Below, piece by piece: positions 22,640 to 37,641 of a stretch of 64,000 nt of DNA. The notes beneath the pieces were generated by a model that had not been told where the DNA came from, ran no database searches, and worked only from the letters and a program-made list of their open reading frames with translations. This DNA comes from Sminthopsis crassicaudata (taxonomy: Eukaryota). The stretch spans positions 397,201,261 to 397,265,260 of the forward strand of contig NC_133620.1 in assembly GCF_048593235.1 (NCBI RefSeq), given 5' to 3'. Position numbers and translations under genes: made by a program. Within the stretch, counting starts at the first letter, position 1. Every line of letters starts with the position of its first letter.

Positions 22640-25600
22640 GTATTGTCATATTATAGCTATTAACAGTGAATATTCCTCTAGATACTTAAGTTCTTTATTT
22701 CTTTAAGAAGAACTTTATAATTATATCTATGGAAGTATTTTTTGTGATTTGGCAAATTGATTCCCAAGTATTTCATGCATCTCATCGTTATTTGGAATGG
22801 GATTTCACATCATATTATTGTTTCTACTTAAGAGAAATGCTATTCTGTAACTTTGCCAAAGTTTTTGATTGTCTCAATATCTTTAATGATTCCCTAGGAT
22901 TTTTAAAAGTAAATCATCATATCATTAGTAAATAGAAAGTTTTTAATCTCTTTTTTACCTCTCTTTATGCCTTTAATTTTTTTATTATCTGATTGCTATT
23001 TTTAGCATTTACAGAATGACATCTGATAATAGTGGGAAAAATGGATATCCTTGCTTCATTCTACTGGAAAAAACTTATGTATCCTCATTTTATATTTGCT
23101 AATTTGGGGTTCTATATAGATACTTTATATGATATTTTTGAAGTCCTCCTATGCCTGTATTCTGTGGATTATTTGGGGAGGGGTGCGTGTTGTTCTTTGT
23201 CAAAGGTTTTTTTTTTTTAATCTACTTTGATAATCATGTGGCTTTGGTTTAATTTTTATTATGATTATGTTGATCTTCTAATTTTGAACTATCCTTTCAT
23301 CCCTGGTTTAAATACAATTCTTGTCATAATGATTTCTTTGATCAATATAAGCTGTTTGATAGGAATTAATTTAAAAGTTTTTAAATTGATAATATTGTTC
23401 TCTGGTTCTCCTATATTTTATCCTTTCCTAGTTTTAAATATTACACTATTATTTGTCTCATTAAAAAGAATCTGGTAGAATTCTGTCTTTTTCAATTTTT
23501 AAGAATCATTTGAATAATATTAGCACCAAATGTTTTTTAAAAGTTTAATAAAATTGTCTGATGAATCTGTCAGAACCAGGGTTATTTTTTATTTAGTAGT
23601 CTTTTAATAACTAGTTTTATTTTTTTCTAAGATTGGATTATTTACAATATTTATTTCATTTTTTATGTTTTTTATTTTCAAGGTATTTCTCTTTTTTGTA
23701 TGTGTCCTCGTGGTAGCACATAACTATGAAAAAATAGATTCTGATAATTTTTTTTTAATTTCTTTTGGTTTTGTTGTGGTTTCTATCTTGTTCATACACT
23801 CTTTTGTTGATTTCTTTTTCTATTCTCTTTAAAATCAAATTAATGAAAGTTATCAATATTATTATCCTTAGAGCATATCAGCTCTAAATTTGTTTGTAGA
23901 TTATTACTTCCTTTCTGTATAATGTAATCTCCATGTTTAACTTTTTTATGTTCTGAGTTTTGTTTTTGCTTTGTCTAAAAACATAATTATAACTCCTTCT
24001 TCTTTGGATTTGCTGAATAAGAAGCAAATTTTATTTCAGCCTTTCATTTTTATCCTGCATATGTCTTTGCTTTTTAGATATGTATCCTGTAAGAAACAAA
24101 TTGTGAGGTTTTATTTTTCTATCCTATCATTCACCTTTTTATTTTGTTAGATTGTATAATCCATTAAAGGGATTTAAAATTAGGAGCATCTGGTTTATAT
24201 ATTCCTCCATTTGTGTCAAATACTTTTTTCCCAAATTAGGATTTTTTTGTCTCCTCTTCCTCTATAAATGTAGTACTTTGTTTCTTCAGTTATTTTAACT
24301 TCATCTACTCTAACACTATTTTTCTTCCCCTCACTTCAAGCTCTTCCCTCCATTTGTTGTTTTTTCTCCTAATTCTGGAGTACTTAACTTAATAATTCCT
24401 TTTTATTATTCCTTTCATAAAGTTACTTAACTCTTCCCTTCTTTTTTCTACTCAGTTAAATGGGGAAATAAAATCCACTTTCTTTCCCTTCCCCTTCAAT
24501 TTATTTTATTGTTTTACTTTCATTTTCTGCATCTTTCTATAAAAAATAGATTTCATTATCTTTATATCTTCCCTTTTAATCTTTCAAATCTTAGTCCTTT
24601 AATTTAGGTATTCCCTATAGAATTAATGTTTTTAAGATACTTTTTGAAGTTCTCGCTTCTAAACAGTTTCAATGCTATTGCAATGTAGACCTTGGGCCGT
24701 TTTTAATATTTGTGCCTCACTCCAGAAGTACTGGTTTCCGAAGATGATGTAGAGGATAGATGTATTGTTCTATGTAAAGAATTTACATTTGTCCCTGATG
24801 TTGATATTCATTCCTACTATTTGCTCTCCCTACAATCATTTTTTCCACTAGTCAAGAAATTTTTATTTGTTTATATCTTATCTCCCTTCTAGGTTTCAAT
24901 TACTAACATTGTCTCCTTACTCTTTTGAAGCAAAGTGAGTTATCACTCTAAATACCTCATCTTTTCAGACTATACTCATTGTAAGGTTACCTTTCCATTT
25001 ATGGAAACTCTTCAATGGTCATATTCTTCACTGGGACTTCTTCCCACTATTTCTTATCCATTCCCCTTTTTTATTTCTTTCCTTTACCTTCTCATTCATT
25101 TTCCTCCAACCCACTTCTTCCTATGAGACTACAGGATTTATTTTCCTTTGTTGTTAAACCATTATTTGATTAGGTCACATCATATATTTTCCCCTTTATC
25201 TATTTCTTCACACTATTATCCTCATATTTTGCTATTCATTCCTCCAGTCAAAAAATTAATTCATTTATTAGCAGGATGTTATGGAGGTTTAGTCCATGAT
25301 TTTTCATTACTGTTTCTCTAGCTTTACTCTTTCTATTTGACCTGCTTTCACTCTTCTTTTTGTGTACTTTTTAAAAGAAATCTCTTACTGATATTGTTAC
25401 TGTATTTGTTTGCCTTTTATTCTATTGTCTGAGTGTTTTAAAAAGTTGGCTCAGAACTTTTTGTGTTTAAAGAGAAAGGTGTTTGAGGACCTCTTTTTAT
25501 TGACCATCCATTTTATTATTAATATTATTATTAGAAAATCTCAGTTTTAGAAGGTTTGTCACCTTGGTTTGCATTTTAAGATCATATACTCTTTGGAACA

Positions 25601-27063
25601 TATTATTCCATTCCATCTTCCAATTTTTGATGCATACAAAAGTCATGTGTTCTTCAAATTTGCTTTCCTTTCTATTTGAAGATCCTTCTACAAGTCACTT
25701 GCAGGATTTATTGTCCTTCATTGAAATTGTTCAATTTAACTATTACGTATCTTCAAATTGCAACATGAGCTTTTTGTTTTGTTTTCTTTTTGTAAAGGCC
25801 ATTTGTGGATTCTTTCAATTGCCCCTTGTTTGGTTTTCTGAAATTTTGGGCAGTTGTTTTATTTTGTTTCTTGTTATTTCTTATAGTATGACACTCAGGT
25901 TTTCTGATGTGTAATGTTCTTTGGGGAGACCGATCATCCTTAAATTGCTTCTATGCATTTTGTTTCTGAGATCAGTGTGTTTTACTTGAATGGAAATCAT
26001 GTTTTCTTTGATTATTATTGTTTCTTGCTTAACTCTTCTTTCAGATTTGTTCTTCATTTTTGTGTATTTTTATTCTCAATCAGTTCTCCATTTTGTTTTT
26101 TAAGTGAAACTTGCCACCACAGATTCAAGTTTTTTTCTACTTTATTGGTTACTTGTGCCGTGCAGATCACAAAGTCTGCTTTTACATTTCTTATTTCTCT
26201 TTTAAATCATTTGGAAATCTTTCTCCATGGTTCCATTCTCTCTTGGTAATCCACAAGGGCCTTTGCCTTAGGAGGTGTTGATTCATTTTCCTTTGTCTTA
26301 TTATATTTATTTATAAATTTATAAATATTTATAAATTTATTTAGCTGATCATAGGTTCTATTATGTTAACACTTTCTCTATTGGTTTATCTGCTAAAGGT
26401 TTTGAACTTGAGTTTTCTGTCCCGAGATCGTTGTGATTTTAGTCTTTTTTTTTTTCTTATATCTTATTTCTCGTTTTCTGATCACTTATTTGGTGGTAAC
26501 TATCTTGGGAACGAGACTTCAAAACTCTCTTGGTCTCTTTCCATGCTTGGCAATTTGTTTCATTGGTTTCAGTCTCTTCCCCAAAAGATTTATGGGGGAA
26601 TAAAGCTGAGCCCAATTGAATGCTGGGCCCTTTCAGGTTTAATTAAGCATCACATGGCTGTCATCCTGCTCCAATTCTCTGTTTCTCAGTTCTATAGCTG
26701 AACTTTGTTGTATCATAGAGTACTGCCAAGTTATAACCCAGACAGCAAACTTTTGACTTTTTGTGGTCCAGAAAAGAGAAGACAGAAAAAATGCAGTTGA
26801 TTTTTATTACAAACCTGTAGTTATCTTCTGTAGTTCTACTTGAGAATGATGACTGGTAGGGTTCAGAATGCTTCATGAGTTGGGGTTGGGATTAGCTTTG
26901 TCTGATGTTGGTTCATCTTACTGTCATATTATTAGGGTTCTTGGTCTCAGTTCAGAGAGATGGTAGAAATTGCTCCATCTCTTGGACATAATTCATATTT
27001 TGGAGAAATTGGAAAGGTGATTGGAGAAAATGTCTAGTCCTACATCTTTTTAGTCACAAGACC
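22640..27063 (-). mobile_element. Old, highly degenerate L1 (5' end at about 27063)
   Basis: T-rich antisense L1 ORF1/ORF2 remnants; the minus strand begins gggtcttgtgactaaaaagatgtagg, resembling an L1 5' end. Confidence 0.6.
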
Positions 27064-27089
27064 CAAAACTATCCCATCTGTGAATTTTT

Positions 27090-29320
27090 AAGTGTTTCAA
27101 TTGCTCAGCCCTCCTTTCTACCTCAAAACTGTACTCCCAATAAGAACTATGAGGGGAAAAAAAGAGAAAAAAATTCTAACAAATAACCATAATCAAGTCA
27201 TATGAATCTACATAAAGGTCAGATGCAAAAATGTATGTTTCTTTCCTTACCCTAAGTCAGGATATAGGCAACTTTCATAATATATTGGTCAAAGATTTGG
27301 TCATTGCATTGATTAGAGCAGAATGCCTTTAACTTTTTTTACTCATGACACATTTTCTTTTTTTCTATTTGTTTAATATTTTCCAGTTATATGTAAAATG
27401 ATTTTTAAAAATTTTGTTTTTAAAGTCCTGGGTTCCAGATTTTCTCCCTCCTTCCCTCCTCTTCATTCCTAGTAAAAAAGACACATAAATGGTTATGCAA
27501 ACATTTCCATAAAAGTCATATTATGAAAGAAAACATAGATCTGCCCCATAAAAACTCTCAAGAAAAGTTTTGGGTTTTTTTGTTTGTTTGTTTTTTACAG
27601 AAGTATACTTCAATCTGTATTCAGACACAATCAGTTCTTTCTCTGCTACTGGATAGCATTTTTCATCATAAGTCCTTCAGAGTAGTCTTGGATCATTGTA
27701 TTGCTGAGAAAAGAAAAGTCATTCATTACTGAAATCCTCCAGTATTGATATTACTTTGTACACAATACATTTCCTTTTGTATGAGTTCATGGGGGAGTTT
27801 TCAGATTTTTCTGACAGCACCCTGCTCATCATTTTTTATAAAACAATAGTATTCTATCATAATCACATACCATAATTTATTCAGCCATTCCTCAATTGAT
27901 GGGCATCCTCTCAATTTCCAATTCTTTGCATTGAAAAAAGAGCTGTTATAAATATTTTTGTACTTATAAGTCCTTTTCCTCTTTTTAGAAAATATTTTTG
28001 GGGATACATGCCTAGTAGTGGTATTGTTATGTCTAAGGGTATGCGTGATTTTATAACCTTTTGGGCATAGTTCCAAATTGCTCTGCAGAATGGTTGAATC
28101 AGTTCACAATTCCACCAACAATTTTTTTCCACATTCTTCCCAACATTTGTCATTTTTTTTGGCTCACTGGATAATTAACAGGTATGAGGGAGTACCACAC
28201 AATTGTTTCTTTTTTTTTTTTTTTTTTTTGGAATTTTTTTCCACAGTATATATGCATGAGTAATTTTTTTTAGAATATTATCCCTTGTATTCATTTTTCC
28301 AAATTATCTCCCCCTCCTTTCACTCCCTCCCCCCAATGACAGGCAATCCCATACATTTTACATGTGTTACAATATAACTTAGATACAATATATGTGTGTA
28401 AATACCAATTTCTTGTTGCACATTAAGTATTAGATTCCAAAGGTATAAGTAACCTGGGTAGATAGACAGTAGTGCTAACAATTTACATTCACTTTCCAGT
28501 GTTCCTTCTCTGGGTGTAGTTATTTCTGTCCATCATTGATCAACTGGAAGTGAGTTGGATCTTCTTTATGTTGAAGATATCCACTTCTATCAGAATACAT
28601 CTTCATACAGCATTGAAGTGTAGTGATCTTCTAGTCCTATTCATTTCACTCAGCATCAGTTGATGTAAGTCTCTCCAAGCCTCTCTGTATTCCTCCTGCT
28701 GGTCATTTCTTACAGAGCAATAATATTCCATAACCTTCAGATACCATAATTTACCCAACCATTCTCCAATTGATGGACATCCATTCATCTTCCAGTTTCT
28801 AGCTACAACAAAAAGAGCTGCCACAAACATTTTGGCACATACAGGTCCCTTTCCACTCTTTAGTATTTCTTTGGGATATAAGCCCAATAGCAGCAATGCT
28901 GGGTCAAAGGGTATGCACAGTTTGATAATTTTTTGGGCGTTAGTTCCAGATTGCTCTCCAGAATGGTTGGATTCTTTCACAACTCCACCAACAATGTATC
29001 AGTGTCCCAGTTTTCTCACATCATCTCCAACATTCATCATTATTTGTTCCTGTCATCTTAGCCAATCTGACAGGCACACAATTGTTTCAATTGACATTTC
29101 TTCAACCAATAGTGAATTAGAGTATTTTTTTTCAGTGTAACTATAAATAGCTTGATTAATTCATTTGAAAACTAGTCACATCTTTTTATCATTTATCAAT
29201 TTGAGAATGGCTCTTATTTTTATAAATTTGACTCAGTTCCCTATACATTTGAGAAATGAGGCTTTCATCAGAGAAATGTGCTTCAAAGTATTTTGCACAA
29301 TTATTATTGCTAACTGTGTA
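27090..29320 (-). mobile_element. Older L1 3' region, interrupted by a younger L1
   Basis: ORFs 27801-28076 and 27911-28153 encode L1 ORF2 C-terminal fragments. Confidence 0.75.
28210..29074 (-). mobile_element. Younger 5'-truncated L1
   Basis: Pure T20 tail, ORF 28603-28980 is the ORF2 C-terminus, perfect 14-bp TSD cacacaattgtttc at 28196-28209 and 29075-29088. Confidence 0.92.
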
Positions 29321-29329
29321 CTTCCTTGT

Positions 29330-30400
29330 TCTATTCTCTCTGTCCTTTCACCTTCTTCCATTTCAAGAGTGTTTTACTTCTGATCACCCCCTTCCCCAAT
29401 GTGTCTTCCCTCTGCCAACCTTCCCCCTTTTTGTGTTCACTTCCTCTCCTACATTACTGCTAGGTAAGATAGATTTCTAATATCCATATTGAGTATGTAT
29501 GTTATTTCCTTTTTGAGCCAATTCTAATGAGAGTAAGGTTCTCTCTATCCCTTCACTCTTCTTCTTCCCCTCCAGTATAAAAGCTTTTTCTTGCCTCTTT
29601 TATGGCAGATAATTTTTTCCATTGCACTTTTCCCTTTCCCTTTCTCCCAGTACATTCCTTTCTCATCCCTTAATTTTATTTTTCAAATATTATTCCTTCA
29701 TACTTTGATGTAGAAGCTTCTAAATTTTGTGTCATCCTGACTATGGTTCTACCTTACTTGAATTGTTTGTTTCTGGATACTTGCAAGATTTTTTTGCCCT
29801 GGGAGTTACAAATTTTAGCTATAATATGCCTGGGAGTATTCATCTTGGTATCGCTTTCAGATATTAGTAGATTTTTTTTCAATTTCTATTTTACTCTCTG
29901 GTTTTTGATTATTAGGACAGTTTTCCTTAATGTTTTGCTGGATGATGCCTAATTTCTCTTTTTGATCATGGTCCAATAATTTTAAACTTACTTCTCCTGA
30001 ATCTATTTTCCATCTCAGTTGTTTTTCCAATGAGATATTTCACATTGTTTTCTATCTTTTCCATGTTTCCATTTTGTTTTATTGTTTTTTGCTTTCTCAT
30101 AGTCATTAGCTTGACTATTTGTTTAATTCTAATTTTTAAGGAATTATTTTTCTCAATGAGCTTTTGTACCTTCTTTCCTATTTAGCCATTTTGCTTTTTA
30201 AGGCATTTTTTTCTTCATTACCTTTTTGTATTTTCTTTTGCACTACTCTCAATTCTCTTCTCAATTTTTCCTCTACCTCTCTTATTTGATTTATAAAGTC
30301 CTTTTTGAGCTCTTCCATGACCTGAGACCAATTCTTATTTTTCTTGGAAGCTTTGACTTTATCTTCTTCTGAGTATGTATTTTCATCTAGTTAGTCACTA
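29330..30400 (-). mobile_element. L1/HAL1 ORF1-region remnant
   Basis: Antisense ORF1-like sequence (atctcagttgtttttccaatgagatatttcacatt), similar to 57100-57400. Confidence 0.55.
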
Positions 30401-32079
30401 CTGTTACTCTCTCTGAGAGCACCTATTCACTTTCACAGTAATATCATTTATTGATTGTTTCCCCCAGAATCCTGTCTTCTAAAAACATTCAACTTTTGGC
30501 CTCTACCTCCCTCCTTATGATGAAAAGTAAGGATGTATACAAGGTAGGAAAGGGGATCAACATTACTAAACTGTAGTTGGAATTATAAGACCCTACTCTT
30601 TTGCCTTTTCTCTCTTCAGCTCAGATAATGATTCTTAACTTCCCCCCCAAATTTAATATCCTTTATAATGTGCTTTCTATAACTTAAATGTTTATGACCA
30701 ATCCTTACTCAAGCACTAATTCTTTCCCAAATTCTGACTCTTCCTCATTCTGTCCCTTTATTTTGAATTTAATTTAGTCAGATACTTAATTTAAATTCTT
30801 TGCTTGTGCTACCTTGCTATGCTTGATTCAGATGAGGATGAATTTCATGAGATAGCTTGCTTCACCTATTCAGTCTTGATATTTATATATCCTAATAAAT
30901 ACACTACGATTATGAAAAATACTAAGTTTCTCTGTCTTATTCTTTATTTGTTTATTAGTTGGTTTCTTTTCTCTTCCCTTTTCTTTTCTCTCTTAAAAAA
31001 CACACAGAACAACAAAACTATTCTTGTGACTGATTTTATCTTTTATTCATTTCTTTGATGCTTGGAGGTTATGGGGTTCTGAAATGATAATGATCCCTTC
31101 TATCTCTTCTGATCCCTTGGAAGTAAACACTTCCCTATCACTTAAGCTCTTTAAAAAGTCCAAATGTATTCTTCTAGGTTTGTCTCATTTCTGCTGTTTG
31201 TAATTCAAAGATTATTCCCAGCTGTGGTAGGAATGCTTAGAAGTCATTTGTCCTAGTAAAGTTACATATATTTTTTCTTATAGGATTAAATAGCTTTCCA
31301 AAATAAGTAATACTTACTTGAGAGTCTTTTCTTTTGCTTTTGTATATAATAATATTCCTGAAAAATCTTGTGAGATGTTGGCTGTATTTCTCTTTCTGTT
31401 TAATTATTTTCTTCCTGGTTGTTTATATTTTTTTCTATTTGACCTAGAAACTCTGTATTCAATTGTATTATCATTTTGAGGATTCTTTCAGGATGTGATC
31501 TCCTGACTTATTATATTTTCATTTTGTTCACTTTTTAAAATATTTCATTTATGATATTTTGAAATATCTTAACTAGAGGGGGGTTTTTTAATTGGTCATA
31601 GTTTTCTGTAAGTTCAGTATTTCTTGAATTATTTGTCTTGTTTTCAAGGTCATTTTTATATTAGTTTTAATTTTTCAATGCATTGCTTTCTAAACCTTAT
31701 TTCTAGGTTTTCCCCTTACTCACAGATACTTTTCCCTTAGAAGTGACAAAGCTCTTCTTGGAACTTGTTTAACCCTAGACTCACTTGATGCAACTTCCTG
31801 ATCACCTAAGGAAATAAAACATTTCCCTCCAATATTCCCCACCGCAGATGGTAGTCAAGTCTCTCTGGGATAAGTGGATATTTGAAGATAATACAACTTA
31901 TGTATGTGCCCTGCTGACCAGATAGTTTCCATATTGAGATGAGAGGGATCATGTATATAGAACTCTGCTTAAAGGCCTCAGCATCCTTATTGCATATCCT
32001 TGCTTTGTTAATTTCTCAGTGATTTGCAACTATCTCATTTTATCCAAATCTGAACCTGAACAAGGTACTTGTAGTTGAA

Positions 32080-32300
32080 TCAGCTAGGTGGTACAATATA
32101 TAGAATGATGGACCTGGAGTCAGCCTCAGATACTGAGTGTGTGACCTTTGGCAAGTCACTTGATCACTCTGCCTCAGATTCCTCAACTATAATATGGAGA
32201 TAATCATAACACCCACTTCACAGAATTCTTGTGAGGATCAAAAGAGATATTTCAAAGTACTTAGGGCCTAGCACATAGTAGATGTTATATAAATGCTTAA
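32080..32300 (+). mobile_element. MIR-type CORE-SINE
   Basis: ctaggtggtacaat..ggacctggagtcag..gtgacctttggcaagtcactt..ttgtgaggatcaaa. Confidence 0.75.
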
Positions 32301-32674
32301 CCCCTTGCTTTCCCCTGCTAGCATGAGGTTTACCTAATGGTTATATTAGTGACCTTTTGTCTTCTTTTTATCCCACTGATTTACAATAAATTGACTATTT
32401 GGCTAAGATTTTTCCACTTTTTACTAGAGGTTTTTCACTCTCTTAACCTATAATTTGTACCTCTTCATTCATTTCTTCCATTCATTCTTGTCTTTCTTGT
32501 TTCTAAGTTCTTCCTATATATTTCAAAAGTTCAAATACAACTTCTAATATGTAGGAAAGATAATTTAACCCTTTGATCTTAGGCAGCTCTCTTAATTTGT
32601 ATCTACTAAATCAACTATTGACATTTTGTGGTAAAATTAATGTAAATGTTAATATTTGATACTTTTTCCCATAG

Positions 32675-32723
32675 GTATAGAACAAATTCTAAAAATTATG
32701 CTATTTTCAGTACCAGAACAACT
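32675..32723 (+). CDS. CATSPERE: CATSPERE coding exon 2 YRTNSKNYAIFSTRTT
   Basis: cccatag|G acceptor and ACT|gtaagt donor, 49 nt, in frame; aligns with recalled human YSTNSPNYRIFSTRST. Confidence 0.9.
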
Positions 32724-33189
32724 GTAAGTATATGATGATTTGAGTTTTTAAAAAATAATATAGTTACTTGTACATAATTTCATAAATCAACTGAGGGCAA
32801 ACTCAAAACAGAAGTGACTTGATATTTTACCATTGACTTTCAGATGCTGCTCTTCATTAATTAAAAGATTTCTCTCAACGTTTAGTTATGGAAGAGAAAG
32901 ATAAAGGCTATTCCTTTGTTTTTCTTCATTTAGACAGAAAAGTAAAATCCTAATACTGAATGCTTACTTGTACTAACAAATTCATTATGATGGTTTTTCC
33001 AAAATTTCTTTGATTATAGTTTCCTACTTTTCAGACTAGTTGATTATTTACTTTTAACTAGTCACTGAATTAAAATTCTTATAGTCTTAACAAAGACAAC
33101 TTTGAAAGAATGTGGGGAGGGAATGAACAATAATTACATCCCTACTTGTGTACCATATCAAGGCTATCCTTAGCCATTCTGATCAATAT

Positions 33190-33345
33190 TTTGCCACTAG
33201 ACCCAGATGGTTTTTAAGGAAAATTAAGGCTGATTACTTTGTACAACCCTCTCTCATTTAAATCCAATTCACTTACATGTCATGGTATCACCTCCCTGAT
33301 GTCATGGTTCTCTTTGAGAATGATGGACAAAGAGCAACAGCAACA
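33190..33345 (-). mobile_element. RTE-related SINE fragment (WALLSI4/RTESINE-type)
   Basis: aaatccaattcacttacatgtcatggtatcacctccctgatgtcatggttctctttgagaatga; a related copy lies at 62480-62675. Confidence 0.65.
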
Positions 33346-33349
33346 ACTA

Positions 33350-33575
33350 TGTGCCTTGTACTGTGTTAAGCACTTTATAACTATTATTTCATTTGATCCT
33401 CAAGACAATCTTGTGAGGTAAGTGCTATTATGATTCCCATTTTGCAACTCAGGAAACTAAGGCAGAGGTTAAATGATTTAACTCAGGGTCACATAATAAG
33501 TATCTAAAGCCAAATTTGAATCTTCCTGATTCTTGGCATGATACCCCATCCATCCACTGTACCATGTAGCTACCC
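33350..33575 (-). mobile_element. MIR-type CORE-SINE
   Basis: tttcatttgatcctcaagacaatcttgtgaggtaagtgctattatgattcccattttgcaactcaggaaactaaggcagaggttaaatga. Confidence 0.75.
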
Positions 33576-33887
33576 TAATTATATTTATAGAGATTCATGT
33601 GAAAATTCATTTGATAAAGGTAATTTATTAAAAAAGGATCTTAGCCTCTAAGTGCTTCCTAATATCCCCAGCATAAGAGGAAGACTATTCTATCTCTACC
33701 AGCTTTCCTAATGAAGTGAGGTGAAGAACAGAAGTTCAGAGAAAGCCCTCTAGTCCCAGTCCAGGAATTGGTTATTTTTCTATACCCAGATCTTATAAGA
33801 CATCTGTGAGGTAGAAAAAGAAAAGACTAGTCGCATTTAAAGTCTTTAAGATTGTTATAAACATTACTTTTTTGTATATATTTTTAG

Positions 33888-33961
33888 ATCCATTTAGAAT
33901 ATGAAGGACCAAATTTTATAGAATGGGAAGCCCCAGTAGATTGTGACTTTTCAAATCGAAG
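33888..33961 (+). CDS. CATSPERE: CATSPERE coding exon 3 IHLEYEGPNFIEWEAPVDCDFSNR(S)
   Basis: ttttag| acceptor and AG|gtaata donor, 74 nt; aligns with recalled human IKLEYEGTLFTEWSVPETC. Confidence 0.93.
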
Positions 33962-34244
33962 GTAATATTTTTAATAATTAAAAATGGTTATGTATGTATG
34001 TATATATACATGTATATTACATACACTTATATTTAATGAACCTTCAGATTTATCTTGTAGTAGAGTTGCCAAGATCTTAAAAGAATTTCTGAGAATTATG
34101 CTAGAAAAATTACTTTTAAACTAGAAAAAAAAATATTGAAAATTGATGAAGGCAGAGATTCAGCCTTACTAATCCAAAGGTTGTTAGATTAAATGAGATA
34201 ATATATGTAAAGTAATTTCATCAACAAATTATCTAATTTTCCTT

Positions 34245-35676
34245 ATCTAAGGAACAAATCAATGAACTGGTCAAACAACTAAAAAAGATTAGAAAATCCA
34301 GTAAATGAAAATTACATCAAAATGAAAAAGATAAATTGTCAAATTCCAAAGAGATAAAATTGAAAACAGCTCAACCACCAGATTAATAAATTAGATTATG
34401 TGGTTTAAAAGTAGAAAAATTAATTAAATAAACCACCATCTAATATGATTTTGAAAAGAAAGCTGAATTTCTGGCATTAAAAAGATGAAAAAACAGATTC
34501 ACAACAAATGAAGGAAAAAGAAAATAAATTATTGAAAGCTTTTATTTATCCTCTTATGACAGTATAATTGAGAAATTAAATGAATGACTATTTATAAAAT
34601 ATAAAAAACTAGATTAACAAAGTAAGACATAATGAATTTAAATTTTAAAAACCAATCTCAGAAAAATAAATTGAATGAAAAATGGTGAGACTCCCAAAAG
34701 GAAAAAGAAATTCTATGGGCAGATTTACTAATGACTCTATCAAACATTTGAAGAACAGTTAATACAGTATTACATAAATTATCTGTGAAAATAGGGAAAG
34801 AAAGTATTCTATTAAATAGCCGCAAAACAGATATATCCCTGGTACCTAAACTAGGAAGAGGTAAAACAGATAAAAAAGAAACTGTAAGCTAACATCTCTA
34901 ATACTAATAAAAAACATTAACTATAGTACTATCAAAATTCTGTGTCAACTTATTTTAAAAGATTCTACACTATGACCAGAGTATAGTTATATCAGAAATA
35001 CAGGATTGGTTTAATAATTTAATAAAATTAATAATAATTAATGTTAATATTACTAACAATAAAATCATATGATTTTATTAAGATGCAAAAGGGAACTCTT
35101 GGAAAAATGAACATTTATATTTTTTAAAATGTTAAAAGAATAAGAATAAATATTTAAATATAAGATCTTTTCAATAAGATCAAGGATAAAGCAAAGTTGT
35201 CCCTTGTCACCACCATTATTTTTTATAGTTCTAGAAATTCTTGTTACAGTAATAAGAAAAGAAAAATAGAGTTGGCAAAAGAAGAATCAATATGATCGCT
35301 TTTTCGAGCTAACATTAAGGACCCCTAAAGAATCAAACAAAAATAATTAAACAATAACTTCACCAAAATAGTTTTTGCAGATTTCTGATTCTGCTATCAT
35401 CCTTCCTGTATTTTGCCAACAAAATCTAGCTAGAAGGAGGGAGGGAAGCTTACATTCAAGGGAACATTTTATAAAAACCTGACATTGAACTAGAAGAATG
35501 ATGTATAAACACAAAACACTTCACAGATATGAAAACAGACCTTAATAATTGCCAAAATATTAAGTGCTGGTAGTTGGTCTATGACAATATAGCAAAAAGG
35601 ATAACGCCATTCAAATTAATTTACAGACTCTATCATACCAATCAAATAATTGAAGTATTACCTTTTAGAATTAGAA

Positions 35677-35716
<40 letters not shown>

Positions 35717-36960
35717 CTGGTGGAGCAAAATGTCAAGAATCTCATAAAAAATAATAAAAAGTGGACATAATAGGAGTCTAGAAGGATCCAGATCTCAGAC
35801 TTGTTACTATGATACTAGCAGTATCAAACTTAGAATGTACTGCTACTGATTAATTAATAGAAAAGTTGATCAGTAGAACAGATTAGTAGAACCCAGAAAC
35901 AATTGAACATAGTAGCATTGTACTTAGTATAAACCAAAGAATTACAACTGCTAGAATCAGGACTTCATGTTCAAGAAAAACTACTGCAAAATTTAGCAGT
36001 CTGATAGAAATTAGGGTTAGAGAAATACTTTACATTGGATGCATAATAAGCTCCAAATGAATACATGGCATAAACAAGAAAGGTCATATCATAAACAACT
36101 TAGAGAATCAGGGGAAAATACCTTTCCTAATTATCAAAAAGGAACTGTTAATGACCAAGAAAAGGATAAAAAGGATCACAGAAGATAACACAATTTTAAT
36201 GACATAAAATTTTAAATGTTTTTGTACAATCCAAAGCAATATATTTATTTTACCAGGGCAATAATTAACAGGGAAAAAGCACTTCCTGCAAATTTCTCTT
36301 TTAGAGGTCTGATATCCAAGACATATAGGATGTTGATAAAAATATAGAAGAACCACCGATAAATCTTCAAAGGGTATGAAAAAGCAGATCTCAAAAGAAG
36401 ACAGGCTATAAGCAAACAAATGAAAAATAAATTCTAAATAAGAGATATGCAAACCAAAAGAGCTCTGGAGTGCTATTTATTGTCATCAGATTGTCAAAAA
36501 CAAAAAAAAAAAAGGAAATTATAATTATTGGAAAGTGTGTGTGGTAGGAGAGGTACATTAATGAGTTGTTAGTGGAGCTGTAAGTATTTCTGGAAAGCAA
36601 TTGGGAACTATACCCCAGTTACTGAATTGTACATGAAATATTTTGACTCAGAAGTAGCATTTCAAGGCTTATTAAAAATCAATGGAAAAAGTAAATAGTT
36701 TATAAGTACAAAATACTTGTAGCATCAATTTGTTTTAGCAAACAATGAGAAACAAAATGAGTGCTGATCAATTAAGAAATGGTTGAACAAATCATGTATG
36801 GTATATAAAAACAAGAGAATATAATGCTATAAGAACTGATGAAAGGAATGATGCAATGAAACCCAAAAAGACTTGTATGAACTAAAGCAGAACGAAGTGA
36901 CCAGAACTAAGAGAAAAAAAAATTTCAATTATTATAAATATTGCCAAGGAAAAAATGTCA
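34245..36960 (+). mobile_element. Old degenerate L1 ORF2 and 3' region
   Basis: A-rich sense L1 remnants from KEQINEL..KKLE through the C-terminal domain; heavily decayed. Confidence 0.65.
35679..35714. repeat. (AC)18 microsatellite
   Basis: Read directly from the sequence. Confidence 0.95.
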
Positions 36961-37641
36961 TAAAAGTTGAACAAATTTAAACAAAATGATAATTTCATAT
37001 ATCCTCTAAGGAAACAAATCTAGTTAAACAGACTCTATAGATAAACTAAGTCAAGATGGAATTAAACACTGAGTTTGAAAAATTCTACATGTATCAGTGA
37101 CACTGTCAGAAAACTTTTCACAAATAAAATCTTTTGGAGAGGTTTTAAATAGGCCTTCCAAATGATCTGGCTTGGTTACAACAAACATTTCTTAAGGCCA
37201 AGTTGTTCATTTGATCCTTTCTCTGCAATTTAAGGAGCTTAATGAAATTATTAATAAAATTATAATAATTAGGTTCAGAGGGAAGAGTTTCATCTCTGGC
37301 CTACTTCTGTGTATTTCTCTCTTCTTACACTACTACTTAAATTTAAGAAGAAAAAAAAGCAAAGCAAAGCCTAAGTGATAGGTAGTAGAGATTCTCACTT
37401 TCATATGCAAACCTTTTCCGTATACAGGGAAATGTTCATTTCCTGTTGCATTTTGTCAACTTCATAATATAAAAAGAAAAAAAAAAATTAAAAACAGAGC
37501 CTCTTCAATTTAGAAGTGAAAGGGGAGGACCATAGAGCTCATCTAGATAAGTCTGCTCATTGATTTGCAACACACATTAGATGTTCATATTAAAATTTAA
37601 GGAAAGTATTTAATAGTTTTACATTTTTCTTTTTACTTTAG

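Noticed and set aside
22729-31058. Numerous 60-125 aa Phe/Leu/Ile-rich ORFs resembling membrane proteins
   Set aside because: Typical products of the T-rich antisense strand of decayed L1.
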